Shown here one piece after another: positions 61,680-64,000 of a DNA stretch of 64,000 nucleotides. Source of the DNA: Cetorhinus maximus (taxonomy: Eukaryota); assembly GCF_964194155.1 (NCBI RefSeq), contig NC_135903.1:34038001-34102000 (forward strand). Reading direction: 5' to 3'. Under the pieces are notes generated by a model, which saw only the letters and a list, made by a program, of their open reading frames with translations, had not been told where the DNA came from and did not search any database. Made by a program: the position numbers and the translations under genes. Within the stretch, counting starts at the first letter, position 1. The number at the start of each line of letters is the position of its first letter.

Positions 61680-64000
61680 GAAAGAGATGTTTAGCATAGA
61701 CTGGGAGCAAAGATTATTTATTTTAATGGCTTTTAACATAAAGTTATTTATATATATATTTGTAACAAATTTTATATTTTATTGTACTGATGACAGAACA
61801 ATGAGTGACATGATGGGATTATTTATTTTATTTATTTATTTATTTATTGATATTTTTTGCTATGACATTTTCCTCTGATATAATCCTATCCTTTAGCGGG
61901 TGGGGTGTCTGCTCTGGAATTTACTGGTAGGCTTTCAAGATATGGGTTTTCAGACCTATAAACCCTGGGCCGCACTGACCTTTCCATTTCTCCTCTCCTA
62001 GGTGGCCAACTTTTCAATCTATTTCAGCCACTGTAATTTATTGATCTTTATTATTGTGATGTCTTCATGTAATGAAATGTTACATGTTATTTAATGTGTA
62101 ATGTGAATTTTTAATGATAGTTTATTTATTGATATTTATCAAGAGTTGGAGAAGAGCTAAATATTTTTGTAACTGGTAAATTTTATACACAATGAAAGCC
62201 TTTGCTAAAATAAATTGTTTTCAATATTACGCATTGACTGGAATGATGTTCATTTTTCAATTCTGTCGGTTGGCTTTCCATACTCAGTATAAATGCTCTG
62301 GATTTTCCCACCTGCTGCCTCGTCCTGTCAGCCCTTCTCTGTTCTGCTCTCCTTTCTGCACAATCAGGTTTTCCCTCACCCGTTGGAACTGTGAACGTAT
62401 TGTGAACCGAACTGCCCTGATTTATCATCTTTTACCCCTCTGCTTCTCAACGCCACATTCCAGCTCCAAAGGAGAGAGCACTGAGCATGATGTTCAGGAG
62501 GCAAATGGAAAATAGAGGCATAAATTAGAAATGGCCAGATGGAGAAATGGAATGGGTGGACATAGAAGATGACTGAAGTGTCAGCCTGTGTGAATATATG
62601 TGGACATCAGACAATGGGGTTGAGAGTGACATCAGGCAATTAGTAGGAAGGAGAATGAGTGGAGAGTGGGGATGAAAATCTTTTATTTCGCACGGTTGTT
62701 TACACCTACTGAAAATCTGTATGATAAATACTGTCTGCATTACATTAGAACAGAAGAAAAAAGGCCATCCAAGCCTGCTCCACCATTCAATAAGATAACG
62801 ACTGATTTGATCGTGGCCTTAAATCCACTCCCCTGCCTGCCACCTATAACCTTTGACTTCTTTGTTGATCAATCCCATCTAACTCAGACTTGAATATATT
62901 CAATAACACAACCTCCACTGTTCTCTGAGGTGGAGATTTAAAAGATTAATGACACTCGGGGCAAAAGAAATCCTCCTCATCGCCGTCTCACGTGCAGTTG
63001 CTGCATATTGAAACCTTGGCCCTAGTTACAGCCTCCCCAAGAGAGGAACCACCTCAACATCCACCCGGTCAAATCTCCTCACAATCTTAAATGAATTAAT
63101 GACATCACCTCTCATTCTTCAAAACTCAAAGGAGTATAGGCTCAACCTGGTTAAGATTGCTTCATAAACCAACTTCTCTTTCCAGGAATCAACCTGGTGA
63201 ACCCTCTCTGAAGTGTCTCCAATGCAAGTTAATCCCTGCTTAAATAAGGAGACCAAAGCTGTACATAGTACTCCAGGCCTGGTCTCACAAATGGCCTGTA
63301 GAGTTGAAGCAAAACTTCCCTACTTGTATTCTTCATCCTCTTTGCAATAAAGGACAACATACCATTTACTTTTCCAATTCTTTGCTCGACCTGTTTGCTA
63401 AATTTTCATTGCTCATTTCTAAGGACACCCAGGTCCCTCTGCACTGATAGATTCTGTGTTCTTTCTCCATTTAAAAAACATTCTGACTTTCTGCTGGGCA
63501 CAACAAAGGCTAACTTGTGTCCTACATTACCATAGTCACTTTATATCAAAAGTACTTTATAAGCTGCTGAGTGCTTTGAGACACCTGTGGTCAGGAAGGG
63601 CACAATGTGAATGCAAGCCTGTTTTGAAAAAAATATCATAGAGAAATCTGGACCGACACACAAAACTGCCCTCACTCCAGGGTGAATTTATCAGCAGTGC
63701 AGTTGTTTACAGGCCTTCCAAAGGGCCCCAAAAAATAAACCGGATGATTTGGGTTTGAGCACAGCAACAGACATGTGTTAAAAGGTTTGCAAAGCAACTT
63801 TATTAAGTTACAAAGACAATAAATATTGCATTCCAATTCCAAAAAAGTGGGGATGAACCAACCTAATTTCCATCACCATTAATTTCTACAAAACAGCAAA
63901 GGTTGCTTCCCATTCAAGGGACAAGCATACTGACTTGGAACTATTTACCATTTCTTCACTGTTACTGGCTAACACTCCTGGAAAACCCATCCCAACACCC

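Noticed and set aside
1-64000. Prokaryotic-type systems (CRISPR array, retron, operon) suggested by repeats and RT fragments
   Set aside because: Spliceosomal introns and vertebrate LINE/SINE content; the repeats are kilobase-scale segmental duplications with no repeat-spacer pattern.

Overview
Vertebrate genomic DNA, most likely from a cartilaginous fish (shark-type CR1/L2 LINE tails, tRNA-SINEs, a Penelope-like element; taxon is inferred). The window is a recently amplified tandem cluster of intron-containing type I interferon genes, all on the + strand, with 4 coding exons, phase-0 introns, a signal peptide, 4 Cys and the CAWE motif (186 aa). I read five complete gene models (ATG at 11470, 22944, 34298, 45641, 58229), two extra intact promoter+exon-1 modules (20794, 56064), three orphan exon3-exon4 cassettes (29754 intact; 41098 with a stop; 51506 with a dead donor) and an exon-4/3'UTR stub (about 16865). 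These are arranged in a roughly 11.3 kb higher-order repeat. Two paralogous promoter types carry IRF-type sites and differ at an NF-kB site. The main hypothesis is that the in-frame modules allow promoter choice and combinatorial splicing; this is untested. The region 2.3-10.2 kb is a nested, rearranged CR1 block. Intron 2 of the first gene holds a Penelope element with a variant minimal hammerhead ribozyme. All coordinates and comparisons were read by eye.
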